Below are positions 47,518-57,695 of a stretch of 64,000 bases of DNA, piece after piece (positions within the stretch are counted from its first letter, which is position 1; every line of letters begins with the position of its first letter). Position numbers and translations under genes: made by a program. The notes under the pieces were generated by a model. That model was not told the origin of the DNA and ran no database searches. It saw only the letters and a program-made list of their open reading frames with translations. The stretch is from Bacteroidales bacterium (GTDB lineage: Bacteria; Bacteroidota; Bacteroidia; Bacteroidales; UBA3824). The stretch covers positions 2,073 through 66,072 of the forward strand of contig JAKSUC010000001.1 of NCBI GenBank assembly GCA_024413595.1, given 5' to 3'.

Positions 47518-49296
47518 ATGAAAAAAAAAGGAATTTTGTCAATAGGAGCCACATCGCTATTATTATTAGCAGGTTCTATGAGCGTAACATCCTGTGACGA
47601 AGAAACAATGGATAGAATGATTGCTGGTTTATTTGGACTAGATAGTACCAATGTAGATTCAAGAACAGGTTATAATTACGAAGATGAAAACACCGAAGAA
47701 TTGGAAGATGATATAAATTTTGTAACACTTGTAGAAGATTCCGAAGATTCTCAAATAAATGTAATTAACAATGAGTCACAGGTAGATTTACGAGCATATC
47801 TTCCACCAATAGGCGACCAAGGTCAATATGGAACATGTGTTGCATGGGCAACAGCATATAATGGAAGAACTTATTTATATGCAAAGAAAAATAACTATAC
47901 TTCTAGCACATTAGCAAATAAATCTAACCATTTTAGTCCCAAATATTTGTTTTATGCAATGGATGGTCGTACAGATTGTGATGGAGCAACATTTGAAGAA
48001 GCATTGGATATTATTCAAGCCAAAGGCGTAGCAACAATGAGTTCTATGCCATATACTGATTTAGGATCATGTACAGGAAGTCCTTCATCTTCTCAAAATA
48101 GTGACGCTGCAAATTATAAAATAAAAAGTTATCGAGAAATCGATATTTCAAACAAAGAAAATGTCAAATCATATTTATCACAAGGACGTTTAATTGTTTT
48201 TGGAGCAAAACTAGGTGATGAATTTATGTATGCCGATGGCGACGATGTTCTTTATACACAAACATCATTTAATTATACAGGAATGCATTCTTATCATGCA
48301 ATGGCATTGGCAGGATATGATGATAATAAAGGTAGAAATGGTGCATTTTTAATTGTAAATTCGTGGGGTACAACATGGGGTGACAGAGGATATATTTGGG
48401 TTGACGAAGATTTCTTCTGTAGTGGAGATTTTGCATATTGTGGTTTTGTTATGTACGATAAAGACGAAAATGTTGTTGTAAATGAGAATAATCTTGTTGA
48501 AAACACATCTTCTGGATACGATGTTGTTCCTCTTACATTATCTTGTACTGATTATTATGATCCAGAAGATCCTGATTCTGACGATCCAACTTGGTATACA
48601 TCATATTATGATATTTATAATGCAGGAGAAGATAAAATTGAATCTTCAAATAATTGGGCAAATTGTTTATTGTATTATAATGCTTATCAAGCATCTGATT
48701 ATGGAGTTTTACTTGTTGATTTTTATACAGATGCGTATGGTTCAAAAGGAGATTTTGAAGGATATTGGGAAAATAATGAAGCTTATAGTGAGTTAGGTAT
48801 TGCATCTCAAGGTTATTGTTGGAATAATATTGATGTTAAAGGAGGTGAAAGTGTAGCAGAAGCTATATATGGAAATGATAATCCTTTTGAATGGACATTT
48901 AAAATGCCAACGAACTTAAATGGTGATTATTATTTAGTTATGTCTGCTGATGCTTTTGGTTCTTTTGAAGAGTCAAACGAAAATAATAATTTCTTGTATT
49001 TGCAAAGCGATAACTATCGTCCTATAAAATTTGTAAATGGTGTTGCTCAAAATCTTGATAATGGAGGTAAAATATGGGCTAAATCTTCAACAAAACCAAG
49101 AAAAAATGAACCATCACCATGTCAATCTGTTGTAACAGAAAATAATCTAAATGCTTATACAACAGAAGAAATTTCTGCTATGATAAATTACGAAAAACGC
49201 ACTGGTCGTTTAAGACAAAAAGCTATGCAATGGATTAATTCAGAAGAAGGACAAAAAGTTTTGGCAAAACAAAGAAAACAATATAAAGCTAAATAA
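47518..49296 (+). CDS. papain-family (C1) cysteine peptidase lipoprotein with CARDB-like C-terminal domain
   Basis: Lipobox MSVTSC. Catalytic Cys context GDQGQYGTCVAWA, His SYHAMALAGYD, and Asn/Trp LIVNSWGTTWGDRGYIWV. C-terminal ...DAFGSFEESNENNNF resembles the end of a CARDB domain. Confidence 0.8.
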   Translation: MKKKGILSIGATSLLLLAGSMSVTSCDEETMDRMIAGLFGLDSTNVDSRTGYNYEDENTEELEDDINFVTLVEDSEDSQINVINNESQVDLRAYLPPIGDQGQYGTCVAWATAYNGRTYLYAKKNNYTSSTLANKSNHFSPKYLFYAMDGRTDCDGATFEEALDIIQAKGVATMSSMPYTDLGSCTGSPSSSQNSDAANYKIKSYREIDISNKENVKSYLSQGRLIVFGAKLGDEFMYADGDDVLYTQTSFNYTGMHSYHAMALAGYDDNKGRNGAFLIVNSWGTTWGDRGYIWVDEDFFCSGDFAYCGFVMYDKDENVVVNENNLVENTSSGYDVVPLTLSCTDYYDPEDPDSDDPTWYTSYYDIYNAGEDKIESSNNWANCLLYYNAYQASDYGVLLVDFYTDAYGSKGDFEGYWENNEAYSELGIASQGYCWNNIDVKGGESVAEAIYGNDNPFEWTFKMPTNLNGDYYLVMSADAFGSFEESNENNNFLYLQSDNYRPIKFVNGVAQNLDNGGKIWAKSSTKPRKNEPSPCQSVVTENNLNAYTTEEISAMINYEKRTGRLRQKAMQWINSEEGQKVLAKQRKQYKAK

Positions 49297-49298
49297 TT

Positions 49299-49529
49299 AT
49301 GAAAAAAATAATTATAATACTTATCGGCGCTGTTTTATTTTTGTCGTCATGTGATGTTTTATTAGGAACTACAACAACAAATAGTAATAGTCAAAACCAA
49401 ACAAGAAATCAAACAACAACAACTATTACTAATAATTCAAATAGTTCACAATCAAATATATCAACGCAACAACAATCAACAGCAACTAAGACATCCAAAG
49501 GAAGGAAACAAGCAGATACCAAACGATAA
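49299..49529 (+). CDS. small low-complexity (T/N/Q/S-rich) lipoprotein
   Basis: 76 aa, with signal and lipobox FLSSC. Starts 2 nt after the peptidase stop. Confidence 0.45.
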   Translation: MKKIIIILIGAVLFLSSCDVLLGTTTTNSNSQNQTRNQTTTTITNNSNSSQSNISTQQQSTATKTSKGRKQADTKR

Positions 49530-49562
49530 AAAAAATCCGCTTCTTGAAGCGGATTTTTTTAT
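49528..49562. terminator. bidirectional rho-independent terminator
   Basis: ATCCGCTTC (49535-49543) pairs with GAAGCGGAT (49546-49554). Flanked by an A-run and a T-run, between convergent genes. Confidence 0.7.
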
Positions 49563-50098
49563 TTTTTATAAAAACTAAAATTTACTTTTCCATAATGTCG
49601 TTGGTCTTGAATATGAATCATATCTGTAAATCTTGTTTTTTTACTATGTTCAATAATTAGCATTGCACCTTCTTTTAATCCAGGATTATTCATAATTAAT
49701 TCAGGAATTCTTTCGATTCCTTCCATATCGTATGGAGGATCTGCAAAAATCAAATCATAATTTAGAGGTGTATTTTCTATAAATTTAAAAGCATCAGCAT
49801 TAATAACTCTTGCAGGAGATTTTTGTGGATACATACTTTTAAAATTGTGATTTATAAATTCACAATATTTTTTGTTAATATCAACACAAGTGATATTAAT
49901 ACAACCTCTTGATGCCATTTCATAACTTATTCCACCTGATCCTGAAAATATATCTAAAAAAGATGTTTCAGCATAATCAAAATTATTGTTTATAATATTA
50001 AACAATGATTCTTTTGCCATATCAGTGGTTGGACGATCTTTAAAAAATGGAGGAAGTATAATTTGTCTACTTCTATATAATCCTGTTATTATGCGCAT
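49559..50098 (-). CDS. rsmD: 16S rRNA (guanine966-N2)-methyltransferase RsmD
   Basis: RIITG....R.I......RPT, SAM motif DIFSGSGGIS, and FADPPY. Confidence 0.85.
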   Translation of the reverse strand: MRIITGLYRSRQIILPPFFKDRPTTDMAKESLFNIINNNFDYAETSFLDIFSGSGGISYEMASRGCINITCVDINKKYCEFINHNFKSMYPQKSPARVINADAFKFIENTPLNYDLIFADPPYDMEGIERIPELIMNNPGLKEGAMLIIEHSKKTRFTDMIHIQDQRHYGKVNFSFYKK

Positions 50099-50925
50099 GG
50101 CAAATTCATTAAATTATAAAATTGATGTTCTTGAACATCAGAAAATGGGAATTCATAAGAATTATTAAGGTCTGCCATATATACATTAGGAAAATATTTA
50201 TATAATAATTTAAAATTATCATCCTTTTTTGTAATATAACCTGACAACATAATAGGTGTTGTTTTCTTTATCTTTAGTTTTTCGAATATTGTTGAAAGAA
50301 TAAAAAGGGCATCTGAAGAAGTTTTATAAGCAAAAGAATTATAAAACATTAGATTTCCTTGATTTGTTATAACAATATCAATTGTATCATAATATAAATT
50401 AACAGAAACACTGATGTCGTTTCCGTAATTTTTTATTGCATTTTCAATAAAAGGTGTAGCTTGATGATAAAAATTAATTTCAGGAAATGTGTTAACCATC
50501 AATGTTGTAACAAATGATGGAATTACAAAAACATTACAAGCTGATATAGATTTTATTTTGTTAAATTGAATTTCTTCTTCGTTTTCATTTATTGAAAAAT
50601 TAGCACTAACTAATTCTTTAAGTTTGGTTTTGTCGAAAATTGTATTTGGAACAATAATATTTTTCTTTGTTACAAAAATCATATCTACAGATTTATAACT
50701 TTTGCTAAGAAGAGAATCTTTAGACAAATTTGTTTTTATACTATCATAAAGATTATCATCACTTAGTTCTGTATCATATCCAATATGATTTATAGCAACA
50801 TACTTTTTTGAATAAGAATCTAAAATACAATAAGTATATCCTCGTCTACTAATTTGAAAAGATAAATTATAGGTGCTTGTTTTATCGTTATCAAAAGCTT
50901 TTGTTTGTTCGTTTATGTTTTTCAT
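50089..50925 (-). CDS. DUF3822-like protein
   Basis: It overlaps the rsmD start by 10 nt. From memory, DUF3822 genes sit upstream of rsmD in Bacteroidota, and the N-terminus YNLSFQISRRGYTYCILD fits that family's pattern. The ATG at 50925 is preferred over the TTG at 50952. Confidence 0.45.
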   Translation of the reverse strand: MKNINEQTKAFDNDKTSTYNLSFQISRRGYTYCILDSYSKKYVAINHIGYDTELSDDNLYDSIKTNLSKDSLLSKSYKSVDMIFVTKKNIIVPNTIFDKTKLKELVSANFSINENEEEIQFNKIKSISACNVFVIPSFVTTLMVNTFPEINFYHQATPFIENAIKNYGNDISVSVNLYYDTIDIVITNQGNLMFYNSFAYKTSSDALFILSTIFEKLKIKKTTPIMLSGYITKKDDNFKLLYKYFPNVYMADLNNSYEFPFSDVQEHQFYNLMNLPCA

Positions 50926-50987
50926 TATGATTTGATTTTTTATTTGTGCCAATGTTTAATTTCAAGCTACTAATTTATATTAAAAAA

Positions 50988-51029
50988 GGGAAAACTCCTA
51001 ATTTTTGTCAAAGAAATTAGAGTTTTCCC
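50988..51029 (-). terminator. terminator downstream of 51046..51687
   Basis: GGGAAAACTCCTAATTT pairs with AAATTAGAGTTTTCCC (one bulged C). A T-run follows on the minus strand. Confidence 0.6.
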
Positions 51030-51045
51030 AATATTTTTTTTAGAA

Positions 51046-51687
51046 CTATTCCCAGTTACCTGCGTTGTTGTTGATTTCTGTTAAAGAACCTACTTTTAAA
51101 CCTGGATATTTTCCATTCTTTTCTGCTTCGTCAGTTTTGTTTACAATTTCTTGACGATCAAGACCTAATAGATAAACGTCATTGTGAGCTTTTGCTTCAA
51201 ATAAAGGAACTACAATTTTTGAAGCAGTTTCAACATGAGCGGTATCAAGTTGAAATATTTTTCCACCTGTTAAAGGAACGTATCTTAAAGAGTCAAGATT
51301 ATATTTATCTTTACATAATGAATCGTAACAAGCAATTTCGATAGTGTCACGTTTAACAATACCTAATTCAATTGCTTTCATTTCTGCTACTTTTCTAGTG
51401 TATTTGTCATACAAACTATCAGGAATTGTTCCAATAGCTTTAATTACTTTTAAAGATCCTTCTTTTACGAAATTTTGCAAAGTGTCAAAATTATTAGTGT
51501 ATTTACCATGAATACTTTTGTATGCCACTTGCGCATCGCGTATGTTCATAAGGCTTTTTTTAGTTTGTTCGTATCTCCAATCTGCTTTTTTCTGGAAGTT
51601 AATTGGTTGCATGATACTGTCGTAAATGCAGAAGCAAAGTGCGATTACCGCTGCTCCTAAAATAATCGAAATTATTAATTTTTTCAT
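51046..51687 (-). CDS. hypothetical membrane-anchored protein
   Basis: A single N-terminal TM (LIISIILGAAVIALCFCI), then a soluble ~185-aa domain. No family recognised. Confidence 0.5.
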   Translation of the reverse strand: MKKLIISIILGAAVIALCFCIYDSIMQPINFQKKADWRYEQTKKSLMNIRDAQVAYKSIHGKYTNNFDTLQNFVKEGSLKVIKAIGTIPDSLYDKYTRKVAEMKAIELGIVKRDTIEIACYDSLCKDKYNLDSLRYVPLTGGKIFQLDTAHVETASKIVVPLFEAKAHNDVYLLGLDRQEIVNKTDEAEKNGKYPGLKVGSLTEINNNAGNWE

Positions 51688-51886
51688 TGTAAGAGATTTT
51701 ATTTTAATTTTCTGTTTTTATTGACGCAAATTTAAAAAAAAATCAATACACGATAAAATATTAACGTTTTTCTTTAATATAATTTTTTTTTTTTTTATCT
51801 ATGACAAGTTTATATATCAGTTTTATTCTTATTTTTGTTTAAAATTTTGTTTATTTTTTTTTAACTATTTTTTGTGTTAACTTATT

Positions 51887-53311
51887 ATGAATGTAGAAGT
51901 TTTAAAGGAAAAATATTATTCAATATTTGGGTTTGACCCCACCTCTGATCAAGCATCTGCTGTTGATAATCTTTTTAATTTTATTTTTTCAAAAAATGAG
52001 AATTTTCCTGAAATTTTTGTTCTTTTAGGATATGCTGGCACTGGAAAAACAAGTTTAATGAGTGCTTTTGTTAAAACTTTGAGTGATTTTAAAATTAATT
52101 GTGTGTTGTTAGCTCCAACAGGTCGTGCTGCCAAAGTGTTTTCTCAATTTTCTGGTAAAAAAGCTTTTACTATTCATAAAATGATTTATCGTCAAAAAAC
52201 TTCTGCTTTAGATAGTACTTTTACTTTAGATCGAAATTTAAAAAGTAACACTATATATATAGTAGACGAGGCATCAATGATTTCTCTGGGTGGGGGAGAC
52301 GCTTTTTTTGGTTCGGGACGACTTTTGGACGATTTAATTACGTATGTTTTTAGTGGTGATAATTGTAGATTAATTCTTGTTGGTGATTCTGGACAATTAC
52401 CACCTGTTGGTGAAATGGTTTCACCTGCTCTTGATATCAATGAATTAGAATGTTATGGCAAAACTGTTGAGTCTTCAGTTTTAAACGAAGTTGTTCGTCA
52501 AGCTAGTGAAAGTGGAATTTTGAATAATGCTACAAGATTAAGAAAAATTGTTGATAATTCTTTCCCTGGTGATAATGTGATTCCTAATTTTTTAATTAAT
52601 GGTTTTAAGGATGTGGTGCGAATTTCTGGTAGTGAATTACTTGAAGAATTGGAATCTAGCTATGATCGTGAAGGTATTTTTGATACTTTAGTTATTACTA
52701 GAAGTAATAAAAATGCTGGTATTTATAATGCAGGAATTCGTAGTAGAATATTTTGGCGCGAAGAACAAATTTCAATTGGTGACATAATTATGGTTGTTAA
52801 AAACAATTATTTTTATGCTAAAAATTTTGAAAATACAGATTTTATTGCAAATGGAGATATTGCTGAAGTAACAAGAGTTGGTAAATATGAAAAACTCTAT
52901 GGTTTTACTTTTGTAAATGTAGATTTACGTTTCCCTGATTATGATAATCTTGAGTTTTCTGCAAAAATTATACTTGAATGTTTAAATAGTCAAGGTCCTG
53001 GTCTTTCTTCCGAAGATTCAGAACGTCTTTATCAATCAGTTTGTGAAGATTATTTTGGAAAATCAAAAAAAGAAATGTATAAATTAATTAAAGAAAATGA
53101 ATATTTTAATGCTTTACAAGTAAAATTTGCATATGCTGTTACTTGTCATAAAAGTCAAGGCGGACAATGGGCAAATGTATTTATAGATCAGGGATATATT
53201 ACTGATGAAATGCTAGATCGTGAATATTTGAGATGGTTATACACTGCATTTACTCGTGCAACAAATAAAGTTTTTCTTGTTAATTTTAAAGATGAATTTT
53301 TTGATAATTAA
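51887..53311 (+). CDS. RecD-like superfamily 1 DNA helicase
   Basis: Walker A GYAGTGKTS, motif Ia APTGRAAK, Walker B IVDEASM, LVGDSGQLPPV, and C-terminal AVTCHKSQGGQW. Confidence 0.8.
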   Translation: MNVEVLKEKYYSIFGFDPTSDQASAVDNLFNFIFSKNENFPEIFVLLGYAGTGKTSLMSAFVKTLSDFKINCVLLAPTGRAAKVFSQFSGKKAFTIHKMIYRQKTSALDSTFTLDRNLKSNTIYIVDEASMISLGGGDAFFGSGRLLDDLITYVFSGDNCRLILVGDSGQLPPVGEMVSPALDINELECYGKTVESSVLNEVVRQASESGILNNATRLRKIVDNSFPGDNVIPNFLINGFKDVVRISGSELLEELESSYDREGIFDTLVITRSNKNAGIYNAGIRSRIFWREEQISIGDIIMVVKNNYFYAKNFENTDFIANGDIAEVTRVGKYEKLYGFTFVNVDLRFPDYDNLEFSAKIILECLNSQGPGLSSEDSERLYQSVCEDYFGKSKKEMYKLIKENEYFNALQVKFAYAVTCHKSQGGQWANVFIDQGYITDEMLDREYLRWLYTAFTRATNKVFLVNFKDEFFDN

Positions 53312-53396
53312 TAAATTAAAACTTTTTTAAAAAAAACATTGAAAAAAATTTTGATGATAATAAAAAAACACCTACTTTTGCATCCGTAAAAATCGA

Positions 53397-53470
53397 GGTT
53401 CGGTAGCTCAGCTGGATAGAGCAACAGCCTTCTAAGCTGTGGGTCGAGCGTTCGAATCGCTCCCGAATCA
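53397..53470 (+). tRNA. tRNA-Arg (anticodon TCT)
   Basis: Cloverleaf read by eye. Acceptor GGTTCGG/CCGAATC, D arm GCTC-AGCTGGATA-GAGC, and anticodon arm ACAGC-CT-TCT-AA-GCTGT. Variable loop GGGTC, T arm GAGCG-TTCGAAT-CGCTC, discriminator A. Confidence 0.9.
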
Positions 53471-53523
53471 CGTTTTCAAGCTTGAAATTATGTTTCAAGC
53501 TTTTTTTGTATATATACTTAAAC

Positions 53524-53557
53524 AAAAAAGTCTGAGTAAAATCTCAGACTTTTTTTT
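53524..53557. terminator. bidirectional terminator (tRNA-Arg on +, pyk on -)
   Basis: AGTCTGAG (53529-53536) pairs with CTCAGACT (53543-53550), flanked by an A-run and a T-run. Confidence 0.7.
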
Positions 53558-53578
53558 GTTTTCTCTTATATTTTTTTA

Positions 53579-54997
53579 CTAATATCTTTTAACTAGATGG
53601 TCACAACTATTTATTTCTAACAAAGTTGCGCTATTTCCTTTGCCGAAACTTCCAGCTAATAATACCACTTTATCATCAATTTCAACATATTGTTTGTTTA
53701 AAACCAAAGAAATTGCACTTTGAATAAAGTCATCGGCAGAACGATGAAGATGAGATAATTGAGCATAAACTCCGTATGAAAGTGCTAATTCTCTAATTAC
53801 GTTTTCTTTATAACAAATTGCATAAATAGGTTTTGCACCACGATAAGCAGCTAAATTTCTAATTGTATTTCCAGAAAATGAGTCTGCAATTATTGCTTTT
53901 GCATCAAGTTCTACAGAGGCATGAACTGCTGTTTTGGCAAGAAATTCTGCAATTTCGCCTCTTTGATGAACGGGATGAATATTTTCTTTAAGTTTTTCTT
54001 TAATATGTTCAACTTCAAGAGCAATTTTACTCATAGTTTTTACAGCTTCAACAGGATAATTTCCCGAAGCGGTTTCTCCAGAAAGCATAACAGCGTCTGC
54101 ACCATCATAAATTGCATTTGCAACATCGCTAACTTCGGCGCGTGTTGGGCGAGGATTTGCAATCATTGAATGAAGCATTTGAGTTGCAACTATTACTGGT
54201 TTAAGATGTTCTATTGCTATTTTGTTGAGTTCTTTTTGAATAGCTGGAATTCTTTCGGCAGGAATTTCTATTCCTAAATCGCCACGGGCAATCATTATTC
54301 CGTAGGCATGGTCAAGAATTTCGTTTATATTGTCAACGCCTTGTTGATTTTCTATTTTGGCGATGATTTTTATTTTTGAATTTTGTTTGTCAAGTATTTT
54401 TTGAATACATATAACATCTTCTTTGCATCTAACAAATGAATGTGCTATAAATGTAACATCTTCTTCTATTGCTAATTGAATAAATTTTTTGTCTTTTTCG
54501 CTTAAAGAAGGTAGTTTTATGTGAACACCTGGAACATTTACACTTTTATGACTTTTAATTTTTCCATCATTCAAAACTTTACAAACTAATCCATCTTTAT
54601 CTTTAGCAATTGCTTCAAAAGCAATATCGCCATCATCAATAAGAATTTTTGTTCCCATAGGGATTTCGTTTTCAAATCCTTTATGATTTACAAAAATGAA
54701 ACCTTTGCCAGATTTTTTTATTGTATCGCCAACAAAGTGAACATTTTCACCTGATTTAACAAAATAATCATCTTCTGCATCAGTGGTTCTTATTTCAGGA
54801 CCTTTAGTGTCTATCAAGATTGCAATTGTGTTTGATACACTTCTAATATTTGCAATCATTTTTCTTGTAGCGTCAAATTCTGCGTGGGCTGTGTTAATAC
54901 GAGCCACATTCATTCCGGCATCAAACAATTGTTTGATAAAATTGGTGTCGCATCTTCTGTCTGAAATTGTAGCAACAATTTTGGTAAGTTTCTGCAT
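53579..54997 (-). CDS. pyk: pyruvate kinase
   Basis: KIVATI.., MNVARIN.AHA, TKGPEIRT, IIAKIEN..G, MIARGDLGIEIP and MLSGETA. The ATG at 54997 is preferred because the longer ORF start (55030) lies inside the upstream terminator hairpin. Confidence 0.93.
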   Translation of the reverse strand: MQKLTKIVATISDRRCDTNFIKQLFDAGMNVARINTAHAEFDATRKMIANIRSVSNTIAILIDTKGPEIRTTDAEDDYFVKSGENVHFVGDTIKKSGKGFIFVNHKGFENEIPMGTKILIDDGDIAFEAIAKDKDGLVCKVLNDGKIKSHKSVNVPGVHIKLPSLSEKDKKFIQLAIEEDVTFIAHSFVRCKEDVICIQKILDKQNSKIKIIAKIENQQGVDNINEILDHAYGIMIARGDLGIEIPAERIPAIQKELNKIAIEHLKPVIVATQMLHSMIANPRPTRAEVSDVANAIYDGADAVMLSGETASGNYPVEAVKTMSKIALEVEHIKEKLKENIHPVHQRGEIAEFLAKTAVHASVELDAKAIIADSFSGNTIRNLAAYRGAKPIYAICYKENVIRELALSYGVYAQLSHLHRSADDFIQSAISLVLNKQYVEIDDKVVLLAGSFGKGNSATLLEINSCDHLVKRY

Positions 54998-55010
54998 ATT
55001 GTTATGTTCT

Positions 55011-55060
55011 ATAAATAAAAAATCCTGCAAATGTGGTTAAAATTCACGATTTGCAGGATT
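55011..55060 (-). terminator. terminator downstream of the 55099.. peptidase gene
   Basis: AATCCTGCAAAT (55021-55032) pairs with ATTTGCAGGATT (55049-55060). A T-rich run follows on the minus strand. Confidence 0.65.
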
Positions 55061-55098
55061 TAAAAAGAGTGAAATTTATCTGATTTTATTGCAAAGAT

Positions 55099-57261
55099 TT
55101 ATTTCATATCGTTAATTACATTCATTGCTTCTGAAATATAAATATCTTTTTCCAAATCTGAAAACCATTCTGTAAATCTTTTGTTTTTTGTACTATCATT
55201 ACTACAAGCTATTTTATCTGCATTTACGAAAGATGCTGTAATATTAGTTTTTTCTTTTCCAAGATTACTATATTTTTTAGCTTCTTCTTTTATATTATTT
55301 AAATGTTTGCGATATTTGTCAAGATTTAAAGAATATTGTGAGTCTTCGTTTTTGTGTTTTAATCTTAAAGCATTTTCGTCTATTTGTTTAAATATTGGAT
55401 TTGCTTTAATTCTTGCTAAACTATTGTTAATAACAGTTTGACGGTTATATTTTGGTGTTTCTTCATTATATTTTGCTTTTTGAATTACATCATATTTTAA
55501 AGCATGTTTATCTTCTTTTTCTCCAGTTTCAATATATTTATAATTGTCTGGCATAATAATATCAGGAATAACACCTTTTAATTGTGTAGTACCTCCGTTT
55601 ATTCTATAAAATTTTTGAATTGTAATTTTTACAACTCCAAGAGGTTTTAAATCGTTGTTGTCGTTAATTAAGTTATCTAAATCATAAAAACTTTGTACTG
55701 TTCCTTTTCCAAAAGAACTATTTCCACCCATAATAATTGCACGATTATAATCTTGCATGGCAGCTGCAAAAATTTCTGAAGCAGAAGCACTTGAGCCATT
55801 TATTAATACTACAAGTGGTCCATCATAATCTTTAAAAAATGAAAATGAATTATGAGCTTTTATGTTATTATCACGATCTTTTACTTGAACAATTGGACCA
55901 CTGTTAACAAATAATCCTGACATTTTTATAACGTCGTTTAAACTTCCACCTCCATTGTTTCTTAAATCAAATACAATTCCATCAACTTTGTCGGCTTTAA
56001 GTTTTTTGATTTCTTCTTCCACGTCTTTTGAACAAAATCTGCCGTCTTTGTCGTTAAAATCTGCATAAAATTTAGGTAAATAAATATATCCAATTTTAGT
56101 ATCGTTATTTGGAGATGTTAGAATAGAAGATTTTGCATAAGTTTCTTCAATAATAACAACATCGCGTACAATTGGAATTATTTTTATAGAACCATCTAAT
56201 TTTTTTACTGTTAGTTTTACAGTTGAACCTTTTTTTCCTCTAATTAATTTTACAGCTTCGTCTAGAGTCATATTTGTAATATCAGTTGGTTCTTCGTCGC
56301 CTTGACCTACTTTTAAAATAATATCGTTAACTTCTAATTCTCCTTGTTGCCAACTAGCACTTCCAGGAATTATATTTATAACTTTTGTTTGTCCCATTTT
56401 GTTTTGAAGAGTAGCTCCAATTCCTTCAAATTTTCCAGACATTTGAATGTCAAAATTTTCTTTGTCGTCAGGAGGAAGAAATTCTGAATGAGGATCACAA
56501 CAATTAATAATTGCATTAATATAAAGTGTCATCCAATCATCATTTTTTATTTTTCTGAGACGTTCCATCCAATCGTCATAATTTTCTTTTACGCTTTTAA
56601 CAGCATCTTTAATCATCTCTTCTTGAGATTTTTGTTTATAAGTTGTATCTTTTTTTTCTATTGCAGTTTCTTGAATATCTATTAAGTCAGATACTTTTTC
56701 TAAAACAGCTAACTTTGTTATTTTTCGCCAATTATCTTTTAAAATATCAGAATTTTTTGCATATTTTAATTTTTTAGGGTCTGTTTCTATATTTTCATTA
56801 ATTTTGAAATTAAAAGAACCTGAAATTGCTTCATTATAATATTTTTCAGCTTCGTTTTGTCGTTGAATAATTTTTTCAGTGGCTTTTTCTACAAATTCAA
56901 CACTCATACTTTTTATTTGATCATCAATTTGATATCGATATTTTTCAAGTTCTTTAATATCAGATTCTAAAAAATACCTTTTTGCGTAATCTAATCTTTC
57001 AATATATTCGTCAAATATTTTTGAAGAAAAATCATCATTGATATCTATATTTTCGTAATGACAATGTGTTATTACTTGATATACAAGATATATAGATAAT
57101 TTTTCTTTGTAATCAAAATACGAGCTTTCGTTACTATTGGCTAATGCCATCAATTGAACAGAAGGAATTTCAAAATCGTTTAATGTATTGTCTTTGGGAG
57201 AAAAATTTACTACACCAATTGCAACTAAAAGTGCAATAAAAATCAATGGTAATGTTTTCAT
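55099..57261 (-). CDS. S41-family tail-specific / C-terminal processing protease (long form)
   Basis: PDZ segment (GELEVNDIILKVGQ) and S41 core DLRNNGGG, INGSSASASEIFAAAMQDYNRAIIMGGNSSFGKGTVQ. The ATG at 57261 gives signal peptide MKTLPLIFIALLVAIGV. The upstream ATG at 57312 is also possible. Confidence 0.85.
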   Translation of the reverse strand: MKTLPLIFIALLVAIGVVNFSPKDNTLNDFEIPSVQLMALANSNESSYFDYKEKLSIYLVYQVITHCHYENIDINDDFSSKIFDEYIERLDYAKRYFLESDIKELEKYRYQIDDQIKSMSVEFVEKATEKIIQRQNEAEKYYNEAISGSFNFKINENIETDPKKLKYAKNSDILKDNWRKITKLAVLEKVSDLIDIQETAIEKKDTTYKQKSQEEMIKDAVKSVKENYDDWMERLRKIKNDDWMTLYINAIINCCDPHSEFLPPDDKENFDIQMSGKFEGIGATLQNKMGQTKVINIIPGSASWQQGELEVNDIILKVGQGDEEPTDITNMTLDEAVKLIRGKKGSTVKLTVKKLDGSIKIIPIVRDVVIIEETYAKSSILTSPNNDTKIGYIYLPKFYADFNDKDGRFCSKDVEEEIKKLKADKVDGIVFDLRNNGGGSLNDVIKMSGLFVNSGPIVQVKDRDNNIKAHNSFSFFKDYDGPLVVLINGSSASASEIFAAAMQDYNRAIIMGGNSSFGKGTVQSFYDLDNLINDNNDLKPLGVVKITIQKFYRINGGTTQLKGVIPDIIMPDNYKYIETGEKEDKHALKYDVIQKAKYNEETPKYNRQTVINNSLARIKANPIFKQIDENALRLKHKNEDSQYSLNLDKYRKHLNNIKEEAKKYSNLGKEKTNITASFVNADKIACSNDSTKNKRFTEWFSDLEKDIYISEAMNVINDMK

Positions 57262-57422
57262 TATTATAATTTTTTTATTTTTAATGTTAAATTTTGTTTG
57301 TTTTTCGTTCATTTTATAATTAATATTTTTTTACAAAATTACGGTTTTATTGTTATCAACAATTATTTATTCTACAAAATATTGATTTTTTATTGTCAAA
57401 ATTTGTTAAATTTTATTGAAAT

Positions 57423-57480
57423 TTGTTTTTGAATTTAATATTAATCTATTATTGTTTTTATAATTGTTTTTGAATTTAAT
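57423..57480 (+). repeat. 17-nt direct repeat TTGTTTTTGAATTTAAT (two copies, 41 nt apart)
   Basis: Exact copies at 57423-57439 and 57464-57480, in the 557-nt intergenic region. Confidence 0.9.
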
Positions 57481-57695
57481 TTATTTTGAGATAGTTACGT
57501 AGAAATTTCAACATTTTTTTCATAAATTAATACAAAATTTTGAATGTGATTTTCTTTGTTTTCTATTAAATTATTAAAACATATTAGTTTATAAGTTATT
57601 TGCATTTCTTTTGGATTAAGAGTTTAATTTTACAAACATATATAAGTCTGTATTTAAAACAAAATATTAACTTTAATTTTTAATATAATAATCAA

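Noticed and set aside
53316-53525. 69-aa reverse-strand ORF
   Set aside because: It overlaps the well-formed tRNA-Arg(TCT) gene and its terminator, so it is spurious.
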